DNA of 64,000 nucleotides from Leidyana gryllorum EB-2025a (GCA_048772705.1 JBLWGC010000043.1:1-64000), one strand, 5' to 3'. Numbered from the stretch's first letter, positions 30,374-40,827 are shown. The notes: generated by a model from the sequence alone, not told the origin. Numbers and translations: made by a program.

Positions 30374-30445
30374 AGGGCACGCGCGGAGTTGAACCACGAG
30401 CCTGCTGATCTGCAGTCAGCTGCTCTACCACTGAGCTACGTACCC
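30374..30445 (-). tRNA. tRNA-Cys(GCA)
   Basis: Full cloverleaf. Confidence 0.9.
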
Positions 30446-30598
30446 AGAACTGCCCCTCATACTCGCTCAACTCGATTCTGTCTTCTCATTTGAAGCAAAA
30501 CGGTCGTGTACGTCGAGACCACTAGACCGTGGCTGCACGAATGGTCCCCGCAGCCCAAGAGATGACGAAGTTTCAGGGAGTAGTGAGGACCACTTCCA

Positions 30599-30670
30599 AG
30601 GTCGCGCCGGGAATCGAACCCAGGTCGGGAGATTCAGAGTCTCCAGTGCTAACCACTACACCACGCAACC
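30599..30670 (-). tRNA. tRNA-Gln(CTG)
   Basis: Consensus. Confidence 0.92.
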
Positions 30671-30879
30671 GGTTCAGCACATCCCAGAAGAGTCGGTAGA
30701 ATTATCCGTACTATCGCTTCCCCAACTGGACACACGCAACACGGGTCTCTCTACTGACCTCTGAAATATTTTAAGTGGCTCCTGTATATAGCGCCCAGCG
30801 TAGAGCGTTGGATTTGGGTCGGACAGAAAGCTCACTTCAATGAGTGAACCAATTGTGCTTTTTCCCGAATGCTACCTAC

Positions 30880-30961
30880 CGACAAGGGAGAGATTCGAAC
30901 TCTCGCGGGTGAAACCCAACGGCTTAGCAGGCCGCCGCCTTAACCACTCGGCCACCTTGCC
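30880..30961 (-). tRNA. tRNA-Ser(GCT)
   Basis: Full cloverleaf, compensated T-stem. Confidence 0.88.
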
Positions 30962-31177
30962 GACAGCGGAACGGGCTACACCTTCCATCGGGAATCCCGT
31001 GCGAATTGGTAGCGATGTAGGTACACCCCCTTCTCGATGTCAGTATTGGCCTTTTGAATGACTGCTTGGCCGGGTGGAAGAAGGTCGGAGTGGCCGGTTC
31101 AGTACCAATCATAAGGCTTTGCTGAACACATCAGTCGGCTCCTTCGGCTAGTGACTGAGGCACTTTGCTCGAGTAGC

Positions 31178-31250
31178 TTCCACTGCCGAGACTTGAACCC
31201 GGATCGTGCGGGTGAAAGCCGCATATCCTAGCCACTTAGACTACAGTGGA
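31178..31250 (-). tRNA. tRNA-Glu(TTC)
   Basis: One T-stem wobble. Confidence 0.85.
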
Positions 31251-31367
31251 CAACTCCCTCAGCTGCAGCTTTAGCCGAGAGCCGTACCCTCTTGACAAGA
31301 CCTGGTTGCAGAATCCTGCGGTAGAAAAAGGAGGATTTCTATACTAACCTCTGAACCATTGTAGCTG

Positions 31368-31440
31368 GGTCTTGTAGCTCAGTCGGCAGAGCGTGTGGCT
31401 GTTAACCACAAAGTCGCAGGTTCGAAACCTGCCAGGACCG
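31368..31440 (+). tRNA. tRNA-Asn(GTT)
   Basis: Consensus. Confidence 0.92.
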
Positions 31441-31555
31441 GTTTCAGAGGCACACTAAACATTGACTGCGCTGCTCTCCCAATGGCACTTGTGGTCTGCG
31501 ACTCTTCAAAGATGTAAGTTTGTTTGGATCCCGCCACGTGCAGCCGTACGAACTT

Positions 31556-31628
31556 TGGACGACCTGGGTATCGATCCCAGTACCTCTCGCATGCGAAGCG
31601 AGCGCTCTACCATCTGAGCTAGCCGCCC
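31556..31628 (-). tRNA. tRNA-Ala(CGC)
   Basis: Full cloverleaf. Confidence 0.92.
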
Positions 31629-31688
31629 ATGCGCTCTACATGGAAGACCTATTGCATCCAGTGGCTGACCGAGGGCCGACAAAACGGC

Positions 31689-31771
31689 TGACAAGGGTGG
31701 GATTCGAACCCACGCCCTTCCGGCGACTTCTCGCTTACGAAGCGAACGCTCTGCCCCTAAGCTAAGAAGGC
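31689..31771 (-). pseudogene. Chimeric tRNA: Thr(CGT) 5' part with Leu 3' part
   Basis: Thr to GTCGCCGG then AAGGGCGTGGGTTCGAATCCCACCCTTGTCA. Confidence 0.8.
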
Positions 31772-31902
31772 AACTTAGCTGGAGAATCATGTGGCAGTTG
31801 TATCGACAAAAGTTAGCCGGGTGCCACGTGCACGGCGGGCTGTCCCGCGCGCATCGTGGGGCATGCTGGGATGAAGTCGCAGGTTGTCCTGACTACAACG
31901 CC

Positions 31903-31982
31903 TGACAAGAGTGGGATTCGAACCCACGCCCTTTCGGACTGCGGCCTGAACACAGCGCCTTGGACCACTCGGCCATCTTGCC
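31903..31982 (-). tRNA. tRNA-Leu(CAG)
   Basis: Full cloverleaf. Confidence 0.92.
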
Positions 31983-32076
31983 GAAATGTTGTTGGCTCGC
32001 CGCCCCACGCGTTTTCTATCCGTGGAATCTCAGAATGGAAGAACTTCTGGGGTTGGAGGCCGGCGTATCCAGAGCG

Positions 32077-32147
32077 TCCGAGATAGTATAGCGGTTAGGA
32101 TTTCCGCCTATCACGCGGAAGACCAGGGTCGATTCCCGGTCTCGGAG
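32077..32147 (+). pseudogene. tRNA-Asp degenerate
   Basis: Deletion, ATC anticodon. Confidence 0.62.
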
Positions 32148-32200
32148 CACAGTTCGTTTTTCCGCTTCAGATTTCCTGGTGCTCAGATAAAGTTGCGAGC

Positions 32201-32273
32201 TACAGCCAACGAGGATCGAACTCGGGACCTTCTGCGTGTGAAGCAGACGTCGTAACCACTAGACCACGGCTGC
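32201..32273 (-). tRNA. tRNA-Val(CAC) variant
   Basis: One T-stem mismatch. Confidence 0.78.
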
Positions 32274-32393
32274 GCGGATCTTTCGGACTGTGAAAGGGGC
32301 GTGTGTCTCTGGAAACAGGTATCTGATGAGGGGCGAAAACCACCGAATGCTATGAGGTCTGCACAGCGGGCGACTAGCTCAACAAGATATTAT

Positions 32394-32464
32394 GCATCTG
32401 TGGTCTAGTGGTAGAATGTCTCGTTGCCATCGAGACGACCCGGGTTCGATTCCCGGCAGATGCA
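32394..32464 (+). tRNA. tRNA-Gly(GCC)
   Basis: Consensus. Confidence 0.92.
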
Positions 32465-32606
32465 GAAGACACAGTTGGTTTTCCCACCATTCCAGGGATT
32501 CACGCTTGAGTTGGTGTCTGACCCCTCCAATCACATCACACGACATTCTGTGGTGGAAATGATGCTATTCCCAGCATCAAACCCTCATATGGATCGAGAC
32601 AGGGGT

Positions 32607-32678
32607 GCCTTTTTAGCTTAGGGGCAGAGCATTCGCTTAGTAAGCGATGGGTCGCCGGTTCAATTTCGGCAGAAGGCT
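32607..32678 (+). pseudogene. tRNA-Thr(AGT) degenerate
   Basis: C61T and others. Confidence 0.62.
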
Positions 32679-32727
32679 TTGCTCACGACCCAATCAATTC
32701 TATAACTGTTTCCCTCCTGCGCACACT

Positions 32728-32799
32728 TAGCAGTGCGTCGTTTCGATCAACGGACCTTTGGGTTATGAGCCCAACACTCTTCCACTGAGCTACACTGCT
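32728..32799 (-). tRNA. tRNA-iMet(CAT)
   Basis: One T-stem wobble. Confidence 0.87.
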
Positions 32800-33094
32800 C
32801 AGTCTGCAACATGGAAGAGGGAGCCGAAATGCGATTCTTGAGATGTTAATGGCCTTGAGTGCCGAAGTGGGCTAACGAGGTGGCTATGTTGGTTGTGAGG
32901 GCAACTTGTCCCGTCGGGTCAACCGACGACCAAGAGGGCTGTTCTGGAATCGAACCCAGGACTCCTTCCACTCTGAGGAAGGATTATACCAGCAGAGCAA
33001 CAGCCGAATACTTGGGTGCATGCAACCGAATATACAAATGGAGATTCGAATCTACTGTGACCTTTTCCAGCTTTTTTTTTGGGATGATCGCCGT

Positions 33095-33179
33095 TGCACA
33101 GAATGGGATTCGAACCCATGCAGACTTGCGCCTACCAGAACTTGAGTCTGGCCCCTTCAGACCACTCGGGCATCTGTGC
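33095..33179 (-). tRNA. tRNA-Leu(CAA)
   Basis: CCAGA-CTCAAGT-TCTGG, long variable arm, intronless. Confidence 0.87.
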
Positions 33180-33454
33180 GTTACTTTCCTCTGAGTTCCA
33201 GAAAGTTAATCGCTTCCGTTGCGACCGTCGATGTCGTTCTGGCTGCGGTGTGCCGCCCCGAAGTACTCTCACGGCCCGAGTTGCTTAGATGGTAACGTAT
33301 CTAACTGTAGTGGTGGCATCAAATATTCCACGAGTAAATTCCGTCCGCCCCGAAGTTGAGGAGTGGACTTCTTGCAACGTAGTTCGTCTGACGCTCCTGT
33401 TCCATCCCATCCTGATAGATGCTTCGCTACCTCTACAGCCTCGCTCAAAGATTT

Positions 33455-33526
33455 GTCCGAGTCGTCTAGTGGTTAGGACAGCACGTTGTGGCCGTGCAAA
33501 CCCAGGCTCGATTCCTGGCTCGGACA
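33455..33526 (+). tRNA. tRNA-His(GTG)
   Basis: As 22154. Confidence 0.88.
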
Positions 33527-33601
33527 AGCAGTCTAAAGTGCATTGCTCTTCGCCCCGGTTGAAAACATTGTTGCAGCCATGGTCAAGTCTGTACGATCGG
33601 C

Positions 33602-33672
33602 TGCACCTGCCGGGACTCGAACCCGGGCTGTGAGCATGGGAAGCTCGCATCCTACCCTTGGACCACAAGTGC
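33602..33672 (-). tRNA. tRNA-Gly(CCC)
   Basis: One anticodon-stem mismatch. Confidence 0.82.
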
Positions 33673-33870
33673 ACTCGAGAGAGAGCCTCAGCACAACGAG
33701 ACTCGGCGGCAGTCTGCGTTGAGCTAGTGGGTGCCTCAGGTACTGGCAGGTTCCAGTCTGCGACTTTGTGGCTAAGAGACTTACCCTCTGGTGGCTGAGC
33801 TAAGAGGCTCGGCTAAGATGAGTGGAGCTTGAGAGACTTAAGCTTTGCAGGTGCCCAGTCGATGCAGTCA

Positions 33871-33942
33871 AGCCTTCTGCCGGAATCGAACCGCCGACCT
33901 TTCGCTTACTAAGCACATGCTCTGCCCCTAAGCTAAGAAGGC
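33871..33942 (-). pseudogene. tRNA-Thr(AGT) degenerate
   Basis: Stem mismatches. Confidence 0.65.
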
Positions 33943-34030
33943 AATGCAAGCCGAAGATCACGAATCAGACACTATTGACGGAGATTGCTGGGCACTTTGC
34001 TCAAGTATTTCACTGACTTCAACCACTGAC

Positions 34031-34102
34031 TTCCACTGCCGGACTTGAGCCCGGAGCTTGCGGGTGAGAGCCGCATATCCTAGCCACTCAGACTACAGTG
34101 AA
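34031..34102 (-). pseudogene. tRNA-Glu(CTC) degenerate
   Basis: Deletion and lesions; related copies near 46108, 59519. Confidence 0.62.
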
Positions 34103-34166
34103 CAACATGTCTCAGCGAAGGCAGCTAGTCAGCCAAATCATCGAAGTAAAGTGCTGAGCATTTGGC

Positions 34167-34239
34167 TACCTACGGCGAGACTCGAACTCGCAACCTTTGG
34201 ATTAGAAGTCCAACGCGCTATCCATTGCGCCACGTAGGC
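34167..34239 (-). tRNA. tRNA-Arg(TCT)
   Basis: TTGGA-CTTCTAA-TCCAA, intronless. Confidence 0.92.
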
Positions 34240-34328
34240 CGCGGCTCTTCGACTAGATTGAAATAACAACATTCACATTTTTGGACCACGCGCCAGCCGT
34301 TTCTCTGCAGCCAAAGTTGCATGGAGTT

Positions 34329-34403
34329 TGGACGACCTGGCTGTCGATCCCAGTACCTCTCTCGCATGCACAGCGAGCGCTCCACCATCTGATCTAGCCG
34401 CCC
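34329..34403 (-). pseudogene. tRNA-Ala(TGC) degenerate
   Basis: Indels. Confidence 0.6.
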
Positions 34404-34640
34404 ATGCGTACAACATGGAAGACCTAATTCATCCAGTGGCTGACGGAGTGCCGATACCATGGCTGACAAGACTGGGATTCGAACCCACGGGGCCCGTTCG
34501 GACTGCGACCTGCACACAGGGCCTTCGAGCACTCGGCCATCTTGCCGGGATGTTGTTGGCTTGCCGCTCCACGCGTTTTCTGTGCTTGAAATCTCAAAAT
34601 GGAAGGACTTTTGGGGTCGGAGGCAGGCGTGTTCAGAGCG

Positions 34641-34712
34641 TCCGAGATAGTATAGTGGTTAGTATTTCCGCCTGTCACGCGGAAGACCCGGGTTCGATTC
34701 CCGGTCTCGGAG
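34641..34712 (+). tRNA. tRNA-Asp(GTC)
   Basis: Consensus. Confidence 0.92.
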
Positions 34713-34837
34713 CACACTTAAGTGCTGGATTTGAATCGGCACGCCGACCTGCGTTGCCCGCCTCCAACCTGAGAGTCTTTCCATTCTCGAGATTCCGGGG
34801 ACGGGAAACGCGTGGAGCGGCCAGCCAACAACACTCC

Positions 34838-34917
34838 GGCAAGAAGGCCGAGTGGTCTAAGGCGCTGTGTTAAGGCCACAGTCCGAAAGGGCGTGGGTTC
34901 GAATCCCACTCTTGTCA
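34838..34917 (+). tRNA. tRNA-Leu(AAG) variant
   Basis: U8A. Confidence 0.78.
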
Positions 34918-34977
34918 GGCGTTGTATCGGCAGTCGGTCAGCCACTGGATGCAATAGGTTTTCCATGTAGAGCGGCT

Positions 34978-35050
34978 GGGCGGCTAGCTCAGATGGTAGA
35001 GCGCTCGCTTTGCATGCGAGGGGTACTGGGATCGATACCCAGGTCGTCCA
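34978..35050 (+). tRNA. tRNA-Ala(TGC)
   Basis: Full cloverleaf. Confidence 0.9.
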
Positions 35051-35561
35051 AACTCAGTAGGGCGGCACCTGCCGGTAGTTGAATACAGAGTTGCGACCTC
35101 TAAGAGAGCGTCGGATATCGCAGCTCCCGATACTGCTACGCTTCGAAACTGCGACTTTGTGGTGAACAGCTACACGCTTTGCCGACTGAGCTACAGGACC
35201 CAGTTGCAATGTTCTTCCAAGCGAGCAAGAATCATACCTGCAGCCCAAACAGCTTCCTTCATGATATCCGACGCTGGAGTAGTGCAACTCAGTGCGAGAG
35301 TTCTGGGCTTGTGACTACAGGGTCCGAGGTCTCCTGCAACACGGGTCTCTCCACTGATCAGCTCGGTTTCTGTCCCGCCACTCCAAGCGTTCCCTGTCTG
35401 TTAGAGCTAGAGAATGGAAAGGCTGGGCTCTAAGATGGGGGGGGGTCACGCGCCTCCGACATGGTGTGAAACTTATACTTCCGCCTGGCACGCCAACGAT
35501 GCGGTGAGTACCAAAGTCACTTCACATGTCAGGCTATCGGGTTTTGTGTTCTTGCTTCCCT

Positions 35562-35634
35562 GCCGCCCTAGCTCAGTCGGTAGAGCGCAAGACTCTTAAT
35601 CTTGCAGTCGCGGGTTCGAGCCCCGCGGGCGGTG
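35562..35634 (+). tRNA. tRNA-Lys(CTT)
   Basis: Consensus. Confidence 0.92.
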
Positions 35635-35694
35635 CAAATCAATGTCTCTGGGAGTAGGAATGGAACCGTTGCCTACAAGCACACTCACCTGGAT

Positions 35695-35767
35695 TTCCAC
35701 TGCCGGGACTTGAACCCGGATCGTGCGGGTGAAAGCCGCATATCCTAGCCACTTAGACTACAGTGGA
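35695..35767 (-). tRNA. tRNA-Glu(TTC)
   Basis: Consensus. Confidence 0.92.
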
Positions 35768-35848
35768 CAAGCTCCCGAGCTGAGGCTTCGGACGAAAGCC
35801 GTACCATCTTGAGATGAGATGGAGCGTCGGGTCAACCGACAAGCAACG

Positions 35849-35920
35849 GGGCTGTTCTGGGAATCGAACCCAGGACTTCTTCCACCCGAAGGAAGAATCA
35901 TACCACTAGACCAAACAGCC
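35849..35920 (-). tRNA. tRNA-Pro(CGG)
   Basis: Consensus. Confidence 0.92.
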
Positions 35921-36009
35921 GCCTGTCGGCCGTGCAACCCGCTGAGGACAGTTGAGATAGTGGTCATACTATGTTGAGAATCAACAAAATGCGACGGGGT
36001 CTGCACAAA

Positions 36010-36082
36010 GGGCGGCTAGCTCAAATGGTAGAGCGCTCGCTTAGCATGCGAGAGGTACTGGGATCGATGCCCAGGTCGTCCA
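36010..36082 (+). tRNA. tRNA-Ala(AGC)
   Basis: Full cloverleaf. Confidence 0.92.
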
Positions 36083-36360
36083 AACTTCGTAGTCTGCAAG
36101 TGCCGCTTTTTTACTACAGAGTTGAAAGCTTTCAAGTGTGCCCTTTACCCCTTGGCTAGACTCGGGCACCGCAGTATGTGTGAAGGTTGCCTCAGAGCCC
36201 GGATTTCCGAGTTTGCATTTCACAATCACACACTCTGCCGACGAAGATACCAGAGTCAGTTACAATATTTCAAAGGTCAGTAGAGAGACGCGTGTTGCAT
36301 GTGTCCAGTTGGGAGCGCTAGCCCGGATGATTCTACCGACTCTTTTGGATGGGCTGAACC

Positions 36361-36432
36361 GGTTGCGTGGTGTAGTGGTTAGCACTGGAGACTCTGAATC
36401 TCCCGACCTGGGTTCGAATCCCGGCGCGACCT
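36361..36432 (+). tRNA. tRNA-Gln(CTG)
   Basis: Full cloverleaf. Confidence 0.92.
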
Positions 36433-36574
36433 TGGAACTGGTCCTCACTACTCCCTGAAACTTCGCCATCTCTTGCCATTCGTGCAGCCACGGTCTAGTG
36501 GTCTCGACGTACACGACCGTTTTACTTCAAATGAGAAGATAGAATCGAGTTGAGCGAGTGTGAGGGGCAGTTCT

Positions 36575-36646
36575 GGGTACGTAGCTCAGTGGTAGAGCAG
36601 CTGACTGCAGATCAGCAGGCTCGTGGTTCAACTCCGCGCGTGCCCT
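36575..36646 (+). tRNA. tRNA-Cys(GCA)
   Basis: Full cloverleaf. Confidence 0.9.
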
Positions 36647-36957
36647 GGAGATGGGCTAAAACGCTCGAAGTTGTTGGTCCAACATTCCTGACCACAATGC
36701 AATGAGTCTGGAGCGGGGCCTATGGCGGAACGTAGCGGGTCTGACTGCAGCTTAGTAAATTGGGGGTTCGAATCACTCAATTTGACCTCATGATCTTCCC
36801 GTATGGGGGGCAACCTGAAAAGAGTGGGATTCGGGCCGACGCCCTTCCAGTACTGCGCCGTCTACAGCTTCTTGCCAGTGTCTGAATGGCTCTGATGTTT
36901 GATTCTAACTCAGGGGGATCCAGCATCCGGGTCGGTGCCATCTGTCGTCGCAGAAGT

Positions 36958-37031
36958 GGTCGCGTAGCTCAGTCGGTTAGAGCGTGAGCCTAATAAGCTC
37001 AAGGTCCCCGGTTCGAGCCCGGGCGTGACCA
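36958..37031 (+). tRNA. tRNA-Ile(AAT)
   Basis: Consensus. Confidence 0.92.
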
Positions 37032-37266
37032 AGTGAGTAGATCTCTGATAAATACTTGTCCTGGACCCGAGGAAGCCTCAACATTCTGCGACCAATACGA
37101 AAGGAACTAGTTACTAAGTCCGAGCTTCCTTGCCGCTCCAGCTCCGTCGGTAGACCCCTAAACTTTCAATGGAGAGACCGCAGCTTCGGGCAGCGCCAGC
37201 AGTCCGAGTCAAGCTTGCTGAACCGTATGTGAAGCCACAGGACGCAAGATGCCAAGTCCGACAGGT

Positions 37267-37348
37267 GGCAACTTGCCCGAGTGGTTAAGGGGGTAGACTA
37301 GAAATCTACTGGGCCTGGCCCGCGCTGGTTCAAATCCAGCAGTTGTCG
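37267..37348 (+). tRNA. tRNA-Ser(AGA)
   Basis: Consensus. Confidence 0.92.
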
Positions 37349-37426
37349 TGCGATCTGATTGGAGGGGCAGACAACAACTCACTCCTGAAACCCCAGAATG
37401 GTGCCTCAATCAACCATCTGCCACTC

Positions 37427-37497
37427 TGCATCTGCCGGGAATCGAACCGGGGTCGTCTCGGTGGCAACGACACAGTCTACCACTAAACCACAGATGC
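37427..37497 (-). tRNA. tRNA-Gly(GCC) variant
   Basis: Same subfamily as 9867. Confidence 0.62.
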
Positions 37498-37930
37498 GTG
37501 ACATCTCCATTCCTGAACACAAAGCGAAGGGTCTTAAAACTAGTCCAGGCCGTCCAACTTAGGCCGATACATAAAAACCAGGCTCATCGGATACGTGGTT
37601 CCAGAGACACACGCTCCTTTCGCAGTCCGGAAGCTCCGTGCAGCCATCTAGTGGTCACGACGTCTGTTTAACACGCAGAAGGTCCCGAGTTCCATCCTCG
37701 GTGGCTGTAACACGCATCGTTCAGGTGAGCATCACGAAATCTAGAGAGGAAGACGATCTATCTCCGAGACCGGAAATCGAACCCGGGAATTTCGCGTGAC
37801 AGGCGGAAATACTAAGCACTAGACTATCTCGGCCGCTCTGAATACGCCGGCCTCCAACTCCAAAAAGTCTTTCCATTTTGAGATTCCACAAGGACAGGAA
37901 ACGCGTGGAACGGCGAGCCAACGACATTCC

Positions 37931-38010
37931 GGCGAGATGGCCGAGTGGTCCAAGGCGCTGTGTTCAGGCCGCAGTCCGAAAGGGCGTGGGTTCGAATCCC
38001 ACTCTTGTCA
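37931..38010 (+). tRNA. tRNA-Leu(CAG)
   Basis: Full cloverleaf. Confidence 0.88.
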
Positions 38011-38140
38011 GCCGTTGTAGTCAGAATAACTTGCGACTTCTTCCCAGCATGCCCGCACGATGGGCGGGACTGCCCGCCGTGCACGTAGCACCCGGCTAAC
38101 TTTTGTCGATACAACTGACACATGATTCTCCAGATAAGTT

Positions 38141-38212
38141 GCCTTCTTAGCTTAGGGGCAGAGCGTTCGCTTCGTAAGCGAGAAGTCGCCGGTTCGATTC
38201 CGGCAGAAGGCT
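38141..38212 (+). tRNA. tRNA-Thr(CGT)
   Basis: Full cloverleaf. Confidence 0.9.
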
Positions 38213-38305
38213 TTCCTCACGCACTTAAGCTATTCTGACTGGTCTCTCAGTCTCGATAAGGATCTGAAAGGTTTGGAGGGGATTTGCAATGCACTTTAGA
38301 TTGGT

Positions 38306-38377
38306 TGTCCGAGCCAGGAATCGCGCCTGGGTTTGCACGGCCACAACGTGCTGTCCTAACCACTAGACGACTCGGAC
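38306..38377 (-). tRNA. tRNA-His(GTG) variant
   Basis: T-loop CGCGATT. Confidence 0.72.
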
Positions 38378-38619
38378 AAATCTTTGAGCGAGGCTGTAGA
38401 GGTAGCGAAGCATCGACCAGGATGGGATGGAACAGCCACTCCTCAACTTCGGGTGGGACGGAATTCACTCGTGGAATATCTGATACCACCACTACAGTCA
38501 GATACGTTACCATCTAAGCACCCTGGGCCGTAAGAGTACTTCGGGGTGGCACACCGCAGCCAGAACGACATCAGCTGAGACAAAATCTGAGTTGCAGCAG
38601 TTGTGAGGGGCTGGAACTG

Positions 38620-38691
38620 CTCCGAGACCGGGAATCGAACCCGGGTCTTCCGCGTGACAGGCGGAAATACTAACCACTATACTATCTCGGA
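38620..38691 (-). tRNA. tRNA-Asp(GTC)
   Basis: Consensus. Confidence 0.92.
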
Positions 38692-38877
38692 CGCTGTGAA
38701 CACGCCGCCCTCCAATCCCAAAAGTCCTTCCATTCCAAGCACAGAAAACGCGTCGAGCGGCGAGCCAACAACATCCCGGCAAGATGGCCGAGTTGTCTAA
38801 GGTGCTGTGCTCAAACCGCAGTCCGAGAGGGCGAGGATCTGGGGTTAAGCCTTTCGAACCCCAGGGCAGTTGGACGG

Positions 38878-38957
38878 CCGGGGATAGCTCAGTTGGTAGA
38901 GCATCTGACTGTAGTGCTGGCATCAGATAGTCGGCGGTTCGATTCCGTCCCACCGGA
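38878..38957 (+). tRNA. tRNA-Tyr(GTA) with 7-nt intron
   Basis: G7A variant. Confidence 0.8.
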
Positions 38958-39219
38958 AGTAGAGTGGTGATTGGCAAAGTACTACTCAACCTGATGGTGT
39001 TGGCAGACAGCGTTGATAGGCCAACTAGACTACTCCGGCGAGTTCCATCTATCTAGTTCGGATGAGCTGAGAATCGATCCCAGAACCTTTCGTACACTAA
39101 GCACCGTTTCATCATCTGGGCTTGCCTCCCTCTGTGCCTACCTCATGGCCTTGAGTGATACTTCACATAGTGAGACGAGTCTCTCGACTGTACCCAGCGG
39201 GTTGAACCACCGACTAGGC

Positions 39220-39291
39220 GGCTGTTTGGTCTAGTGGTATGATCCTTCCTTAGGGTGGATTGAGTGCTGGGTTCGATTCCCAGAACAGCCC
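39220..39291 (+). pseudogene. tRNA-Pro(AGG) degenerate
   Basis: Anticodon stem mismatched. Confidence 0.62.
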
Positions 39292-39366
39292 GCTTTGTTG
39301 TAACTTGACCCAACCTGCGTGGCAGCATGGTTCTGGGTTCGGGTGATTCTTCGGAGACAGTCGGGG

Positions 39367-39439
39367 GGGAGTGTAGCGCAGTCGGTAGCGCGTAGGTCTC
39401 ATAATCCTGAAGTCGAGAGTTCGATCCTCTCCACTCCCA
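39367..39439 (+). tRNA. tRNA-Met(CAT) elongator
   Basis: Matches 7722. Confidence 0.92.
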
Positions 39440-39770
39440 GGGTCGGAATCGAAATCGCCGACAAACTCATCATGCTATCGTTTTGCATCTGTCGGGAATC
39501 GCACACGGGCTATCTTGATGGCAGCGAGAGACTCTTCCACTAGACCACAGATGCAGAACACGATCCTGTTGATTCTTGTACCGGGTGGACAGCCATTCTT
39601 TATAAGCCTATCGATGCATCAAAGCCTTCTGCCGGAATCGAGCCGGCGCCTTCTCGCTTACGAAGCGAACGCTCTGCCCCCAAGCTTCGAAGGCAATGTA
39701 AGTTGGAGACAACCAAACGATGGCTACTGACGGACATAAGTGGAGCACTTTGCTCGAGTACTTCAATGAC

Positions 39771-39843
39771 TTCCACTGCCGGGACTTGAACCCGGATCGT
39801 GCGGGTGAGAGCCGCATATCCTAGTCACTTAGACTACAGTGGA
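39771..39843 (-). tRNA. tRNA-Glu(CTC)
   Basis: One D-loop change. Confidence 0.8.
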
Positions 39844-40073
39844 CAAGTGCTCGAGTTTAGGTTTCGGCCGGCCGAACCGTCTCGGAAGGATTCCACCATC
39901 AAATACGACTGGAATTTGTTACCAAGTCCGAGCTTTCTTGCCGCCCCAACTCCGTCGGTAGAGCGCAAGACTTTTGAAGGGAGAACTGGGGGTTCGGGCG
40001 GCGCGAGCAGTCCTAGTAAAGCTTGCTGAACCTTATGTGAAGCCACTGGCCGCAAAATGCCAAGTTCGACAGC

Positions 40074-40155
40074 GGCAACTTGCCTGAGTGGTTAAGGGGG
40101 TAGACTAAAAATCTACTGGGCCGGGCCCGCGCTGGTTCAAATCTAGCAGTTGTCG
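40074..40155 (+). tRNA. tRNA-Ser body with AAA anticodon
   Basis: GTAGA-CTAAAAA-TCTAC; other changes minor. Confidence 0.7.
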
Positions 40156-40228
40156 TGCGATGTGGTTGGAGGGTTTAACCAACTCACGCATGAATTTCTG
40201 AATGGTGGAAACGCAACCATGTGTCCTC

Positions 40229-40299
40229 TGCATCTGCCGGGAATCGAACCCGGGTCGTCTCGATGGCAACGAGACAATCTACCACTAGACCACAGATGC
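40229..40299 (-). tRNA. tRNA-Gly(GCC)
   Basis: One D-stem change. Confidence 0.82.
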
Positions 40300-40472
40300 G
40301 TGACACCTTGTTGTTGAAGCTCGTACACGTTAACGGCCGTTTTCTGAACGAATGGAATGTTCGTGGCATGCTCAGAGCGTCCGAGATAGCATAGTGGTTA
40401 CTATTTTCGCATGTCACGGCTAAGAAGCGGGCCCGATTGCCGGTAAATGAGTCTGGAACGGGGGATGGTTTT

Positions 40473-40544
40473 GGGCCTATGGCGCAACGGTAGCGCGTCT
40501 GACTCCAGATCAGAAGGTTGGGTGTTCGAATCACTCTGGGCTCA
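40473..40544 (+). tRNA. tRNA-Trp(CCA)
   Basis: TCTGA-CTCCAGA-TCAGA, eukaryotic Trp D-arm. Confidence 0.88.
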
Positions 40545-40755
40545 ACCGGACTCTATGTTTTTCCCGTTTGGGGCGCAACCTGACAAAAAGTGGGATTCGA
40601 ACCCACGACCTTTCGGACTCCGGTCTGAGCACAGCGCCTCAGACCACGCGGTCATCTTGCCGGGATGTTGTTGGCTCGCCTCTCCACGCGTTTTCTATCC
40701 CTGGAATCTCAAAATGGAAGGACTTTTGGGGTTTCAGGCCGGTGTGTTCGGAGCG

Positions 40756-40827
40756 TCCGAGATAGTATAGTGGTTAGTATTCCCGCCTGTCACGCGGAAG
40801 ACCCGGGTTCGATTCCCGGTCTCGGAG
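40756..40827 (+). tRNA. tRNA-Asp(GTC)
   Basis: 27:43 mismatch. Confidence 0.84.

Larger units (their letters stand above)
29900..30770. repeat. Inverted duplication, copy at about 36260-37120
   Basis: Ile-Trp(pseudo)-Cys-Gln block; mirror ORF coordinates sum to 67020. Confidence 0.85.
31178..31720. repeat. Inverted duplication, copy at about 47030-47570
   Basis: Glu-Asn-Ala-Leu block; mirror ORF coordinates sum to 78750. Confidence 0.82.
33410..34500. repeat. Inverted duplication, copy at about 45720-46800
   Basis: His-Gly-Thr-Glu-Arg(TCT)-Ala block; mirror ORF coordinates sum to about 80209. Confidence 0.83.

Noticed and set aside
34150-34172. Weak resemblance of CTGAGCATTTGGCTAC to the reverse complement of the dinoflagellate spliced leader
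   Set aside because: Too many mismatches in a short stretch and it overlaps the Arg tRNA 3' end; no SL RNA, 5S, U6 or 7SL gene was recognised anywhere.
40473-40544. UGA-reading Trp tRNA with shortened 4-bp anticodon stem
   Set aside because: Stem TCTGA/TCAGA is a full 5 bp.
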